Assembly: GCA_976551045.1 (NCBI GenBank)
Contig: CDPCPM010000077.1
Span: 7,068,001 to 7,132,000, forward strand
DNA from: Glaucostegus cemiculus
Lineage: Eukaryota
Reading direction: 5' to 3'
DNA length: 64,000 nucleotides
Of the stretch, positions 13,029 through 24,869 are shown in pieces. The notes beneath the pieces were generated by a model that was not told the DNA's origin, did not search any database, and worked only from the letters and a program-made list of their open reading frames with translations. A program made the position numbers and the translations under genes. Each line of letters starts with the position of its first letter. The stretch's first letter is position 1.

Positions 13029-14735
13029 GATTTTTTTTTTGTTTCATCTCTATAGTTTCTTTCTTCTGGATTTGGATTCAGGGTGAGTGACCTTACTGTA
13101 ATGCTCTCTTGTATCTGTATGTAGGTGTCAACCTTGTGATCTCTCTTGTTTTCTGAGGCGTTCAGTCATGCTCTGGACCGGACAACTGAGCACGTCTGTA
13201 CTGTACGGGCTGGTACTGAGAGTGAGCTACAGGGCTGGAAGTGTTGGCTCTGATAGGATAATAAACCTATAAGCTGAAGAATAAGGGGGCCATTAGTTAA
13301 TTTGTTTCATTGCAACTTGTGGGACCTTGCTGTATACAATTTGGCTACTGCATTTCCAACAGAGACCACAATTCATACATGCTTCTTTGAGAATATAGAT
13401 GTTCAAATGTCATTCTGTGATAGGCTCAAGAGAAATATAAAACCATTCCATTAATTTTCTGGAGCAGCTTGTCTTTCTGTGAACCGGCCTTTCACAACTT
13501 CAAGATACCCTAAGGTGCTTTACTCCTAACAATGTATTTTAGAAGCTTAGTTACTGTTGTGATGTGAGAAACACAACAGACAGTTTAGACGCAGCGAACT
13601 CTCTCAAAGAGCAGTGCATTTATGAGCTGATCATCCATTGTGGTGATGTTGATTGAGACATAAAGTTAGACTAGGATATGTGGTGGAACTTCCCTGCTCT
13701 TCTCTGTAGCCCTGCCTTGGAATCCTTAATATAGTTCACAAGGACAGCACCACCTCTGACAGTGCAGCTCTCTCATCACAACTCTGCCATCTCTAATGGA
13801 ATAACACATTAACTCCAAACTGGTGTCAGTTGGGCTGATGGTACCAAGAAATGTTCTTCTAAACAGAGGCCTTCAAACAATATTGAATGTTTTAAAAAGA
13901 ACAATGGTGATTAACTTTTTATACAGTGCACTATTTTAGTATAAAAGATTATTAAATCTGGAAAGCACCACCCAATTTTGTCATCAAGCTACCTCTGCCT
14001 ATGAAAACTCCACGGTATCTGTCTTGCATCTAATTACAGACAGGAGATGGGTAGGTGAAGTTAAGGTGTATCTATATCTGGCAGAATAAGTTCTAAATAG
14101 CTTTCCCAGTTTGGTTGAATACTACTGCACTAAACACTCGGTGATCACTGAATGAAATTCTATTAAAAGCACTTTATAAATACAAGTTGTTATTGTTTTG
14201 CATCAGAAAGGAAGTGTGATGTTTGCCTTAAGTTCATGCATGTGAAGACATGTATATTTTTTTTTGAATGCTTTCAAATGGTGACAGGATCAGATTAATT
14301 GAAAGCGGTTAAAATCTTTAAGATAACCAGAGTTATCCTGTAATTACTACTATTATGTAAGCTACATGGATTACTATGTGGCAGCTCCATCACAATGACT
14401 TTCTCTCATGTGCATTAGTGCATCTTGCCTTAAAAAACACATGTTTTTTTAAAGAGCATATCATTTCAAAATCTGTCTTTTCAACAATAGCACCTGTTGC
14501 TATCAGATTAGCTATTTTTCTAACGTAGAGGTTGTAGCTTTGACTTGAGGCACACCCTAACAAAAGAGAGGGAAGATACTATTTCCTCCCACTTTAAAAC
14601 TGTTTGGAGGCAGTCAGTCGTGCTCCCCATTGCACTGAGCCAGCACCTCACGAGTGGCTCTGCTTCCCACAAGCTGTTTCCTCCCACAGAATGGCCCTCA
14701 CAGGTGTTGAAAGAAGCAGCTGGGGTTCCCTACAG

Positions 14736-14780
14736 GAAATGCCTTGTCAAGAAATACCTTGTCAAAAAATACCTCATCAG
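14736..14780 (+). repeat. 15-bp tandem repeat, three copies
   Basis: gaaatgccttgtcaa gaaataccttgtcaa aaaatacctcatcag. Confidence 0.85.
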
Positions 14781-16394
14781 AAAACAGTTGGTACTGCCAA
14801 CTGTTGACCACAGTAATCCACATGGTGCTGGCCAGAGAGAGGGTTAACTATCTGCCACTTATGCTTAGTACTTCAATGCATCCACTTCCACTCCTGTGAT
14901 GCATCTTGCTCTCAGCTCCAGACCTACTGCAAGAAAGTTGAATAGTGCTGCAAAAGGAATTTGTGGCCTCCTTCTGTCCACCATCTGCAGTTGACAAATG
15001 CACTTCATTTTTGTGCTTTGAATCAATATTTCCAGTGTGTATGTGTCACAGAATTCTATGTAAAGTGCAATCTTGTTCAGTTTACACACTTTTCAGGAAG
15101 TAGCTAATGAATCAGAATCAGATTTATTATCACCGACTTATATGACATGAAATTTGTTGTTTTGTGGCAGCAGTACAGTGCAAAGATATAAAATTACTAT
15201 GAATTATAAAAATAAATAGTGCAATAAAAAAAAAGGAATAACAAGGTAGTGTTCATGGGTTTGTGGACTGTTCAGAAATCTGATGGTGGAGGGGAAGAAT
15301 CTGTTCCTGAATCACTGAGTGTGGGTCTTCAGGCTCCTGTACCTCCTCCCCAATGGTAGTTACAAGAAGAGGGAATGTCCCGGATGGTGAGGGTCCCTAG
15401 TGATGGATGCCACCCTCTCGAGGCTCTGTCAATGACCAGATGGTTGGAGTCATACCTCACACAAAGAAAGATGGATGGGGTTGCCAGACGTCAATCATTC
15501 CAGCCCAGGGAGTCACTGCAGGAGTTCTTCAGGATAACATCCTAGACCCAACCATCTTGAACTGCATTGTCAATGACTTTCCTTTCATCATAAGGTCACA
15601 AGTAGGGACCTACCTTGAAAATTGGTCGTGTCCATTCACAAAATAAAGCCTGCACGTAACAAAATCCAGACAACATTCAGGAGTGGACCTGGATTGAGTA
15701 TTGGTTGATGGACAGAAGAGAAAGTAAAAATAAATGGGACACTTTCAGGTTGGGAGATTGTGACTGATGGGATACCTCAGGGATCGATGCCAGTGCCCCA
15801 GTGCACAGTCTGTTCAGTGATTTGTTACAGGGATCAAGGATAAATATATCCAAGTTTGCTGCTGATACAAAACTAGGTGGCAGTGTGCACTTGCAGAAGT
15901 TCTAAAGAAGCTTCACGAGAAAATAGGAGCAGGAAAAGGCCATCAGGCCCTTCGAGCCTCCCCCATCATTCAGTATGATCATGGCTGATCTATGCTGGCC
16001 TCAACTCCCCTTCTGTGCCAATTCCACAGAGCCCTCTGTTCCCTAATCTTTCAAAAAATTATCTACCCTTCTTTAAATATCTCAACCAAGACAAGACAGG
16101 CTAAGTCACTGGGTAACAACAAGGCAGGTGGAAATTAATCAGGAAGAATGTGAGGTCATTCACTTGGATAGAAATAAAAGAACAGTTGAGTATTTTTTTA
16201 AAGTGATGAATAAATGAAAGGTGTTGCTGTTCTGAGAGACCTAGGTGTCCTCATACTGGATGTTATAGCTACAGCAAGCAATCAGGAAGACAAATGGTAT
16301 GATGGACAAATTGGCAATTATAACCAGAGCATTTGAGTACAAAAGTCGATTTACTCCAATTATATAGAGCCCTGGTGAGACCACATCTGGTGTA

Positions 16395-16698
16395 CAGGCT
16401 GTCCCTGGGTAATGAATGGGTTCTGTTTTTATAGGCATCCTTCTGTCGATCTGTCTATAAGCCGGAAAATATACAAAAATGACTTGTTATTGGTAAGTAT
16501 ACCTCCACAGTGTTGTAAAGAATGGCATCAAAACCACGTAAGATTGATAAGAAAGAACAATTAGGGAAACTAGTTCTGTTGTTTATTCAAATGAACATAT
16601 GTACGTATGTCATATTTTTGAATTTAATAATAGTATGGGTGCTCATCTTTATGTAGGGGTGCCTGTAAGTCGGACGTCTGCAACCTGGAGTTGGCCTG
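16395..16698. mobile_element. Tc1/mariner-pogo (Tigger-like) non-autonomous DNA transposon
   Basis: TA|CAGGC...GCCTG|TA with degenerate TIRs of about 20 bp. It splits the CR1 motif gagaccacatctggtgTA / TAttgtgt (LVRPHLxYCV) at a TA. Confidence 0.75.
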
Positions 16699-18355
16699 TA
16701 TTGTGTTCTTATGTAAGTGACAAATAACATCCATGCCACAAAAGTCCAGGCAATGACCATCTCCCTTGGACATTCAGTGGCATTGCCTTCACCAAGTCCT
16801 CCACTATCAACATCCTGGCATTCAGATAGCCTCAGAAAGTTTGAAGTTTCAGTGGATTAAAACCCCTCACTTTCTTTTATAGAAAGAGTATGCCATCTGT
16901 TCAGTGTTCCTGACACCATTTTTGATTATGATATTTTTCTCTACAAGACTTCAAGTTACACCAACCTAACCCATTTACATCAGGATTTGGCACGCAGCAG
17001 ACAGAGAAGACCTCTGTCCCATTGGCTGGGATGGGTTTGAACATAGTTCTCAAGGGGTGGTCTAGGTCACTGTGCCATCCTGGAGCACTGAGAGTATTTT
17101 TTGTAGATTTTCCTTTGATTGATATAAAGAATTAGTCTTGAATGCACAATGTACAATGCTTGTGTGAAGTATGGGAACAATGTGAGGTGACCCACCAGTA
17201 GAGGAAACAGAAATACAGAATATTTCTTAGAATCATGGAGCTACTCAGCAAGGAAACAGACTCTTCGGCCCAACTCGTCCATGCCGACCAAGTTGCCCAG
17301 CCAAGCTGGTCCCATTTGCCTGTGCTTGGCCCATATCCCTCTCAACCTTTCCTATCCATATACCTGTCCAAATGTCTTTTAAATGTGGTGATTGTACCCA
17401 CCTCTACCACTTCCTCTGACACCTTGTACCATATATGCATCACCCTCTATGTGAAAAAGTTGCCCCTCAGGTCCATTATAAATCCTTCCTGTCTCACTTT
17501 AAACCTATAAATGCCAAAAGATTGGAAATGTTGATGTTCAGAGGGACCTGGGGTCTTTGTACAGAAACTAACATGCAGGTGAAGCAGGCAGTTAAAGACA
17601 ATGCAAGGATTTGAGTACAGGAGTGCAATTATGTAGGGCCTTGGAACATGTTCTTCTGTTTTGGTCTACTTATCTCAAGAGGGAATGAAACTAAGATTTG
17701 CCAAACTGATTCCTGGGATGGTGGGTGTGTCATATGAGGAGGGGGTGTTGAGTAGGTTACGCCCATGTTCATGAGAGTTTAGAAGAATGAGAGGTGACTT
17801 CATTGTATGAAGTTCTCAGAGCACCAGTCAGGGTCGGTACAGGGATGATTTTTCTCCTACCTGGGGAGTCCAGAACCAGAGATCACCATCTCAAAATAGC
17901 AGGGAGCCATTTCTTCACTCAGTGTATAGTAAATCTTTGGAATGGACGATTGAGAATCCCTGTAGAATCTTATTCATTGATTGCATTCCAAAGGGATTGA
18001 TAGATTTCTGTAGATGAGAGAAATCAATGGATATGGGGGTAGGGCAATAAAATGGTTTTCAAGGTTCGAGATCCACCAGACTTGTTCCTGAAATGGCAGG
18101 TCTGTGATATGAGCAGAGACTGAGTAGGTCAGGCCTCTAATTCTTAGAATTTAGAAGACAGAGAGGTGATCTCACTGAGACATAAAATTCTGGGAGGGAC
18201 AGGGTGGGTACAGTGATGATGTTTTCTCTGGCTGAGGAGTCTAGCTGCTAGCATTATAGTCTCAAAATATTCAACGTTTCTGTTTTCTCTGGTGAATTGG
18301 AAGGCCTCATATTTTTACCACATTTTGCACTTCATTCATTCCTTTTGATACCAAT

Positions 18356-18532
18356 CATAGAACATAGAACATAGATACCTACAGCACAATTCAGGCCCTT
18401 CGGCCCACAAAGCTGTGCCGAACATGTCCCCACACTATTAGGCTTACCCATAACCTTCTGTCTTATTTACCTCCATGTACCTATCCAACAGTCTCTTGAA
18501 AGACCCTAACGTATCCGCCTCCACCACCATCT
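18356..18532 (-). mobile_element. Young CR1-like 3' end with (TCTATGT)n tail
   Basis: Nearly identical to 56497-56665. Confidence 0.8.
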
Positions 18533-19234
18533 TGTTGAATGGCAGAACAGAATGAGGTGCTGAATGGCCTACATCTGCCCCTATTTCTCATGTTCTTAAC
18601 AACAAGACTAGAGTGAAAGTGTGACAGTCTGCAGTCTCAAATATTTCCTGGAATATTTTGGGAATTTGTTGTCAGCTTTATCTATGGAGGGCTTGATTTT
18701 AAAAAAATTAACAAAAAAATGCAGAATTGACAAACATTGCTTTACTTTTCCTTCAACACTTATAAAAGTCTGAGCTGACAATACATGCCAGCCATGGGAA
18801 AAATTTACATATTGATTCATTTTGTTTCCCCACTTGTGGAATTTACAGTGCTCACGTAGACTACTGACTCATCCTGTTTTATCTGGGAGACTTGCAGACC
18901 TGTAACATGTTGGTAGAGTGTGGTAAGTTTTAGTAAGCTAATGTGATTTTGAATGTGTAAATACTGTTATGACTGATTTTTAATTTCACAGTGCCTTATA
19001 GAGACTGATTGATAGCTGATGCACCACTTACCGAAGTGCTTGTTAAAAAGAATTGAAATACAATAAAAAACTTTACTAAATTAAATCAAAAATAATACTT
19101 GCAGAATCAAATGAGCTCTTTTAGCTGACGCTTTCCTCCCACGTCAGCTCTTAATCCAGCAACTGTCTGCATGCCCACTACCCAGTTAAATAAGCTACCC
19201 ATTGCTGGTGTACCTTTCAGCAGATATCAGGCAA

Positions 19235-19730
19235 AGAGTCATAGAGTCATACAGCACAGAAACAGGCCCTTCGGCCCAACTGGTCCATGCTGACCAAGAT
19301 TCCCATCTAAGCCAGTCCCATTTGTCCACGTTTGGCCCATATCCTTCTAAATCTTCCCTATCCATGTACCTGCCTCAACCACTTCCTCTGGCAGCTCATT
19401 CCATATACTGACCACTCTCTGGGTGAAAAAGTTGCCCCTTGGGTTCCTATTAAATCTCTCTCCTCTCATCTTAAACCTGTGCCCTCTAGTTCTTGATTCC
19501 CCAACCCCTGGAAAAAGACTGTGCGCATTGACCCTATCTATGCACCTCTATAAACTCACACCTCATTCTCCTCTGCTCCAATGAATAATTTATCAACCTC
19601 TCAGTCCCTTGAGTCCCAGCAAATCTTCTCTACACTCTTTCCAGCTTAATAGCACCTTTCCTGTAGCAGGGTGACCAAAACTGCATACAATATTCCAAAT
19701 GCAGCCTCACCAACTCTTGTACAATTGCAT
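19235..19730 (-). mobile_element. CR1/HER1-like 3' fragment
   Basis: gagtcatagagtcatacagcacagaaacaggcccttcggccc tail plus a FFTQRVV-type region. Confidence 0.8.
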
Positions 19731-22479
19731 TTTTTAAGGTGTGAAAACATTGCTGATGGATAATCAAAATAGATTAGTTTCAGGTTGATTCATCTTGCAA
19801 ACATCAAGATTTTAAAGGCTGATTTATTGTTCTTATGTTCAGGCCCCGCTGTGGCCTTTCCCCTCACTCCATAACCTCCTCCTGTCTCACAACCCTCTCA
19901 GAATCTTATGTCTGTCTAACTTTGTCCTTGTGTGCCTCTTTCTAACACCCTACTTTGGGAGGCCATGCCATAATGAAACAGGCTTCAAATGCTTTCACTT
20001 CCCACCCTCCCTTCTTCCCCAGATCTTCATCTCTCTTTCCCCTTTAAAGGCGCTTCTAAAAACCTATTTCTTGTCCATGCCCACAACACCTGTTTCATTT
20101 TTTATGGAAACTTGTCTGATTAAGTACCAATGCTAGGGTCAAGGATCTTCATAAAACAAATGGTTGTTGTTTTGCATCATGAGAAAATGTGACATATCTT
20201 TAATTTAGGAATACAAAGCTAACTATAAGCTATCTTTATTAGTCACATTAGCCCCAGAGGAAACCCAGCAGACACAGGGAAAAGGTACCAATTCCTTACA
20301 GACAGCGGCCGGGATTGAACCTGGGTTGCTGGCACTGTAATAGCGTTTTGCTAACTGCTACACTACCGTGTCTGCCTTTTAAAAATTTACCAGAGATGAT
20401 AAGATCTAATCAACTGAAAACAATTAAAGTACTTAGGTTTATGAAACAGTTATCCCATAAATACTGTTGTATATACTGTATAATAATTGTAAAAACTGTT
20501 TAACTAAATGCCTGTAATTTGTGTGGGAATGCATTTTAGCCTGGCTTTCACAGACTGCTTAGCACTGTGGTGGCTTGAGACTGTGGTACTGTTTCTGCTA
20601 GTGGATTTTGTTAGTGGAATAATTACCAACAACTTTTATAATACGTTGGATGCTAATTTAGAAGATAAACTTTTGAATTATTGCTCTGGTAATTCAAGTA
20701 TTGCCAGGTGAAGAGATTGTTGAAGGAATAGATGAAGAGAGAAACTGCTGAGTTTATGAAGGGCTGTAACTTGATGATTATGCATCTGCCTCTTGCTCCA
20801 TGTTTATGAACTTAAATGTTTTATCAGATCATCTAATTAATGTGTGATGGGGCAAGGAGAGGGGACCTGCTAGATTGCTCTTGCATAGAGCCGGCAACAA
20901 GTCATTGAGCTGAATAGCTGCCTCCTGTTTTGTAACTCTTCTGTGATTCCGGGTGTAATGTGTAGTGTTAAAAGAATTTTACTAATTATGCTTCATAAAA
21001 GAGAGAGCAAGCTCTTTAATAGTCTGCCCACATGATGCTCTACAGTCAACTCCTCATATCACTACCAGTACCAGTGTAACCAACAGTTGTCTTTCAGTTG
21101 TGACTTTAAATTAAGGCTCCTACCCTCACTGGGGAAATACACCAAGTGACTGGAGAAGATTCAGACCAATATTTATCACTCAACAAATACATTAATATTG
21201 ATTGGGATGGAAATTTGTCCTCAATTACTTACTCTGATTGCATTTTACAGTATTAACAGTGAGTTATACTCCACTTTCTAAATCCTTTGGAAATGGTGAC
21301 AATTCAGTGGAGCTGAATTTCAGAAGCAAAGAACAATGTATTAACACAAATGAATTTGAGATAACTGACCATTATCACGTTCCTGTTTGAGGGACATTAT
21401 AACACTCAGTACACAACTAAGTACATCATTATTCAGAATTCTCTAGACCAGAGGTGGCTGGAGGGTGAATCAAAGCTGAGACAGAAGGGAAGTCAGAGGT
21501 TACCTGGAACGGATGGCAAAGTGGAGCTAAAGCCATGGTCTTATTAAATGACAAGTGAGCCTCAAGGGACTGAATGGCCTACTTCTGCATCTATTTCTTA
21601 TACTCTTATTGGCTATAACTCTGGGATAGCCAAAGGTAGTGAAAGGTGATATTTGAATGCAAAATCTTTTTGCTTTCGATTTGTGCAATATGCAGGGCAA
21701 GACTTTGCACTATCAGTGTGAATATTGGTTGAGGTACTGCAGTGGTATAGGATGCATCTAAGTTTGGGGTTGGTGCTTGCAGGCAAGAATACCTAAATAC
21801 AGAAACAATGTTGTGTAATAACACTGAATGAAGTTTTCTAGATTTATTGGGGCATTGGTAACTTAGATGATATACTGTGTCCTTACAGAAGTTATGCCAT
21901 AAAGTGCAAACAGCTGTATTGTAGAGTCAAGATGTCAAATACAGGTTAAGGGATCATCTGGCCAGTTCTGAATTCAGTTGTTCCACTGCTGGTTCCTCCT
22001 CCCATGTCATTTGAACACATTTACAGCCTGGGTTTTCTATTTTAGGAAAAGAGCTCTGATTCTTAATGGTTTGATTCGAGAAACGTTGCTTGAGGCTCTC
22101 GATTTCTTTTGAGAACTGTAATGCAAAGTGAATTGTACAGTTATACTGAATGAAAATCACAATTTATTTCTTTGCATCCGGAAATCTATCGTAACCAAGG
22201 GGCTGAATCTAGCAGAGATCCTATATTTCTTCAGTAAAAAAAAAGCTACGATTTTTTGTTTTGCCTTTGGCAGCTCAAGATGAATGCATCCTGGCAGCTT
22301 TACCAACATTTAAAGGATTAAGTTTCATTAGAGTTCTACGATTATACAATTTTTCAATAAGGAGCCCATTGCATCTGCTCTCTGAGTGTAAAGCAACAGA
22401 TAATGTATGTAGGTTTACTGAGTTGTGCAGGTGTACAGAGCGTTGGGTGGTTAAGGAGGAGTTGTTATCCCATTGTCTT

Positions 22480-23060
22480 TGCCATCCTTATTCTTCTTAT
22501 GAGTCCCTTGGGATTGAGGATGATTTGCTTCAACTCCTGATCTCTGGGTTCTGAAGTGACTGATGCAACTGGTAGACTCTACTGGAGATGGGGGCAGGAG
22601 ATGCCTGATGAATCAAACGGATGTTCTTTTGCAAGCTGTTGCACTCCTTATGTTGTTTGTAAAGAGTGCAACACCTCGCAAACTACCCACTCACCTGACT
22701 CATCAGGCATCTTTTGCCCCACCTCTGGTTTCTGTATGTTCCTGAGACATGCCTTTGAGGTTTTCAGTGCCATCCCAAAAGCTCCTCCACTTTGAGTGGC
22801 CGTGGGCTAGGGTTCCCACGATTCGATGGGGAACTCTTAAACATGCTCTACTGGACCTGGAATTACCATGGCTGTTGGCACCAGACTTGTCCTCCAGCGG
22901 GTCCTTGCTAAAGGACTTAAAGTGCACTCATTCCAATTACAGGGCCTCGAAAGAGTCCTGTATTGTTATTGACAAGGAGGCATTGAGAACATCCTTGCAT
23001 CTTTTCCTCTGTCCATCTGGTAACCTTTACCTGTGATAGAGCCTGGAAGAGACCCATTAA
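22480..23060 (-). mobile_element. RTE (BovB-like) LINE 3' fragment, interrupted by the 18S fragment
   Basis: Minus-strand translation RLPDGQRKRCKDVLNASL (about 22973-23026) resembles the RTE GGQRKRFKDxLKASL motif. It continues past the insert as ...TLAHGHSKWRS. Confidence 0.7.
22848..22970 (-). pseudogene. 18S rRNA fragment (decayed)
   Basis: Minus strand reads AATAACAATACAGGACTCTTTCGAGGCCCTGTAATTGGAATGAGTGCACTTTAA...GTCTGGTGCCAACAGCCATGGTAATTCCAG. This is vertebrate 18S sequence running into the universal GTGCCAGCAGCCGCGGTAATTCCAG motif, with substitutions. Confidence 0.92.
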
Positions 23061-23939
23061 CAGTACAGGAGCTGCAGGAAATTAGAATGATACTTGGTGT
23101 TCCTTGAATAATACTATAGTAACGCTATAGTTTTCTTGTAGTATTTTAACTCACTAATTGTTATCCAAGTTCCTGGCTATGCCAATGTTTGCAAAATTAG
23201 ACTTTTGAAGTGTTTAAAAATCCATCTGAGTAAATCTGAGGTGTTTGTACACTGCTTTCACTCCCAATATTTCAACATGAACAGAGTATCTTCTTTAGTC
23301 TTTTGTTTCTGCAGAGAATAAAGCTAAACATTTTATACCCTGTATAAACCCATTTTCAAGGTGTAGGATAGCTTCCAACACAAAAGGAAAGCTATTTGGC
23401 TGTAGCTTTTATTTCCCTTCTCCTTCTACCTCCTGTTCCTTTAGGTGGATTTTTTTAATATATCAATTTATTCATGGGATGTGAGATTCACGGGCAAAGT
23501 TAGTACTTCGTTCTCAAGCCTGATTGCCTTTGAAGGTGTGTTGATGGGCTGTTGCCTTAAATCGCTGCTGTGTGCACACCACAGGTCTGCTCAGATATAA
23601 AACTCAAACCCTGATCTGGCCAATCCAGACTGAACAAGCCTGCGGATTTGTAATTTTTTCTTTGTTTGATTTGACCTGACCTGACCCGACCCAATCCATA
23701 GGTGTTTGCAAGCAAGTGACTATGCTACACATACATTGCTATTGTTCAAAAGGAAAGGATGTGGGTTAGTGCTAAGCAAGTCATCTTGATCTGTGTAAGG
23801 TACTGAACTGGGCCAGCATGACATGACCCAACCTAACCCCATCGTCCTATCAGAACAGACACCTGACCCAGCTCCAACCAACGGATACAGTTGGATCCCA
23901 TTGCACTGGGGTCAGGTAACTGGGCTGTAGCTTGTACAC

Positions 23940-24250
23940 AAGAAAGACTGCAGATGTTGGAAATCTGGAGCAGCACACAAAGCTCTGGAGGAACTCAGCA
24001 GTCAGGCAGCACCTGTGGAGGGAAATGAAAATTTAACGTTTTGGGCCGAGACCTTCCATCAGGATTGGAAAGAAAAAGGGGAGACAGCCAGTATAAAACC
24101 GCCTGCCCCCACCCTTTTATTCTGGCTTCTGCCCTCTTCCTTTCCAGTCCAGATGAAGGGTCTCAGCCTGAAATGCCAACTATTCATTTCCCTCCACAGA
24201 TGCTGCCTGACCTGCTGAGTTCCTCCAGCACTTTGTGTGTTGCTGCAGTT
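23940..24250. mobile_element. Penelope-derived inverted pLTR pair (MITE-like palindrome)
   Basis: ctggaggaactcagcagtcaggcagcacctgtggagggaaatgaa is inverted relative to ttcatttccctccacagatgctgcctgacctgctgagttcctccag. Two degenerate hammerheads lie at 24030-24067 (-) and 24145-24182 (+). Confidence 0.8.
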
Positions 24251-24461
24251 TGTACACTGTGCTTGATTTTGATAGATAGCTCAATAAGACTCTCCCAGAG
24301 GGCTGTTAAGAGACAACCACATTGCTGTGGGTGTTCCAGGGAAATCTGGGCGAGAATGGCACATTTTAGTGAACTAGTTGGGTTACTGATACTAGTATTC
24401 TATTGAAAAGAGCAAAATTCAGTCACTATTTAACTGAATTTACCTTATCCTAACTTCACCT

Positions 24462-24869
24462 TGTCATGATTCTGAGTATTGGCCCTTGATTTGGCTCCTT
24501 GGATGCCTCGTTGTACAGCACATGGATTCCATGCTGGACTGATTGCACAATGACACACATCTGAACCCCATCGGGGGCCTAGCATAAGTACCTGGGTTTC
24601 TGTAGCACTAGTTGCCAGAGTATTGGTCAACCTTGAAGATTCAGTTTGGTTCCTAGCTGCTTAGAGTGGTCTACTCCAGAGCAGTCCTGTGTTCTCTAGT
24701 CCTGCTTGAAGGTTCAGTTCGTGTTGGGATTACTACTCAGATCTCCGAGGCAAGATTCCTTCCAGTGTTACCTGTGTCCGGTCTTGAGGAAGTATCCTGA
24801 CTCCAGTCCTGTACCAGTGTGCTGCATTTGGGTTTTCTGTGATCTTGCTCTTCAATCAACATTGTGACA
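24462..24869. mobile_element. Solo LTR, 408 bp (Gypsy-like)
   Basis: Termini TGTCA...TGACA, flanked by a perfect 5-bp TSD CACCT at 24457-24461 and 24870-24874. Confidence 0.75.

Larger units (their letters stand above)
15690..18600 (+). mobile_element. Cluster of nested, decayed CR1/HER1-like LINE fragments
   Basis: Recognisable RT motifs (GIPQGS, SKFAADTKLGG, LVRPHL, RMRGD), interleaved with minus-strand CR1 tails and the MITE. Confidence 0.7.

Noticed and set aside
22848-22970. Functional rRNA gene or contamination
   Set aside because: It is only about 125 bp, has substitutions in universally conserved positions, and is embedded in host repeat sequence.
23579-23930. Possible hAT-like MITE with (TGACC)n/ACCCGA-type internal repeats
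   Set aside because: The TIRs and the 8-bp TSD are too degenerate (about 5/8 match) to support a call.
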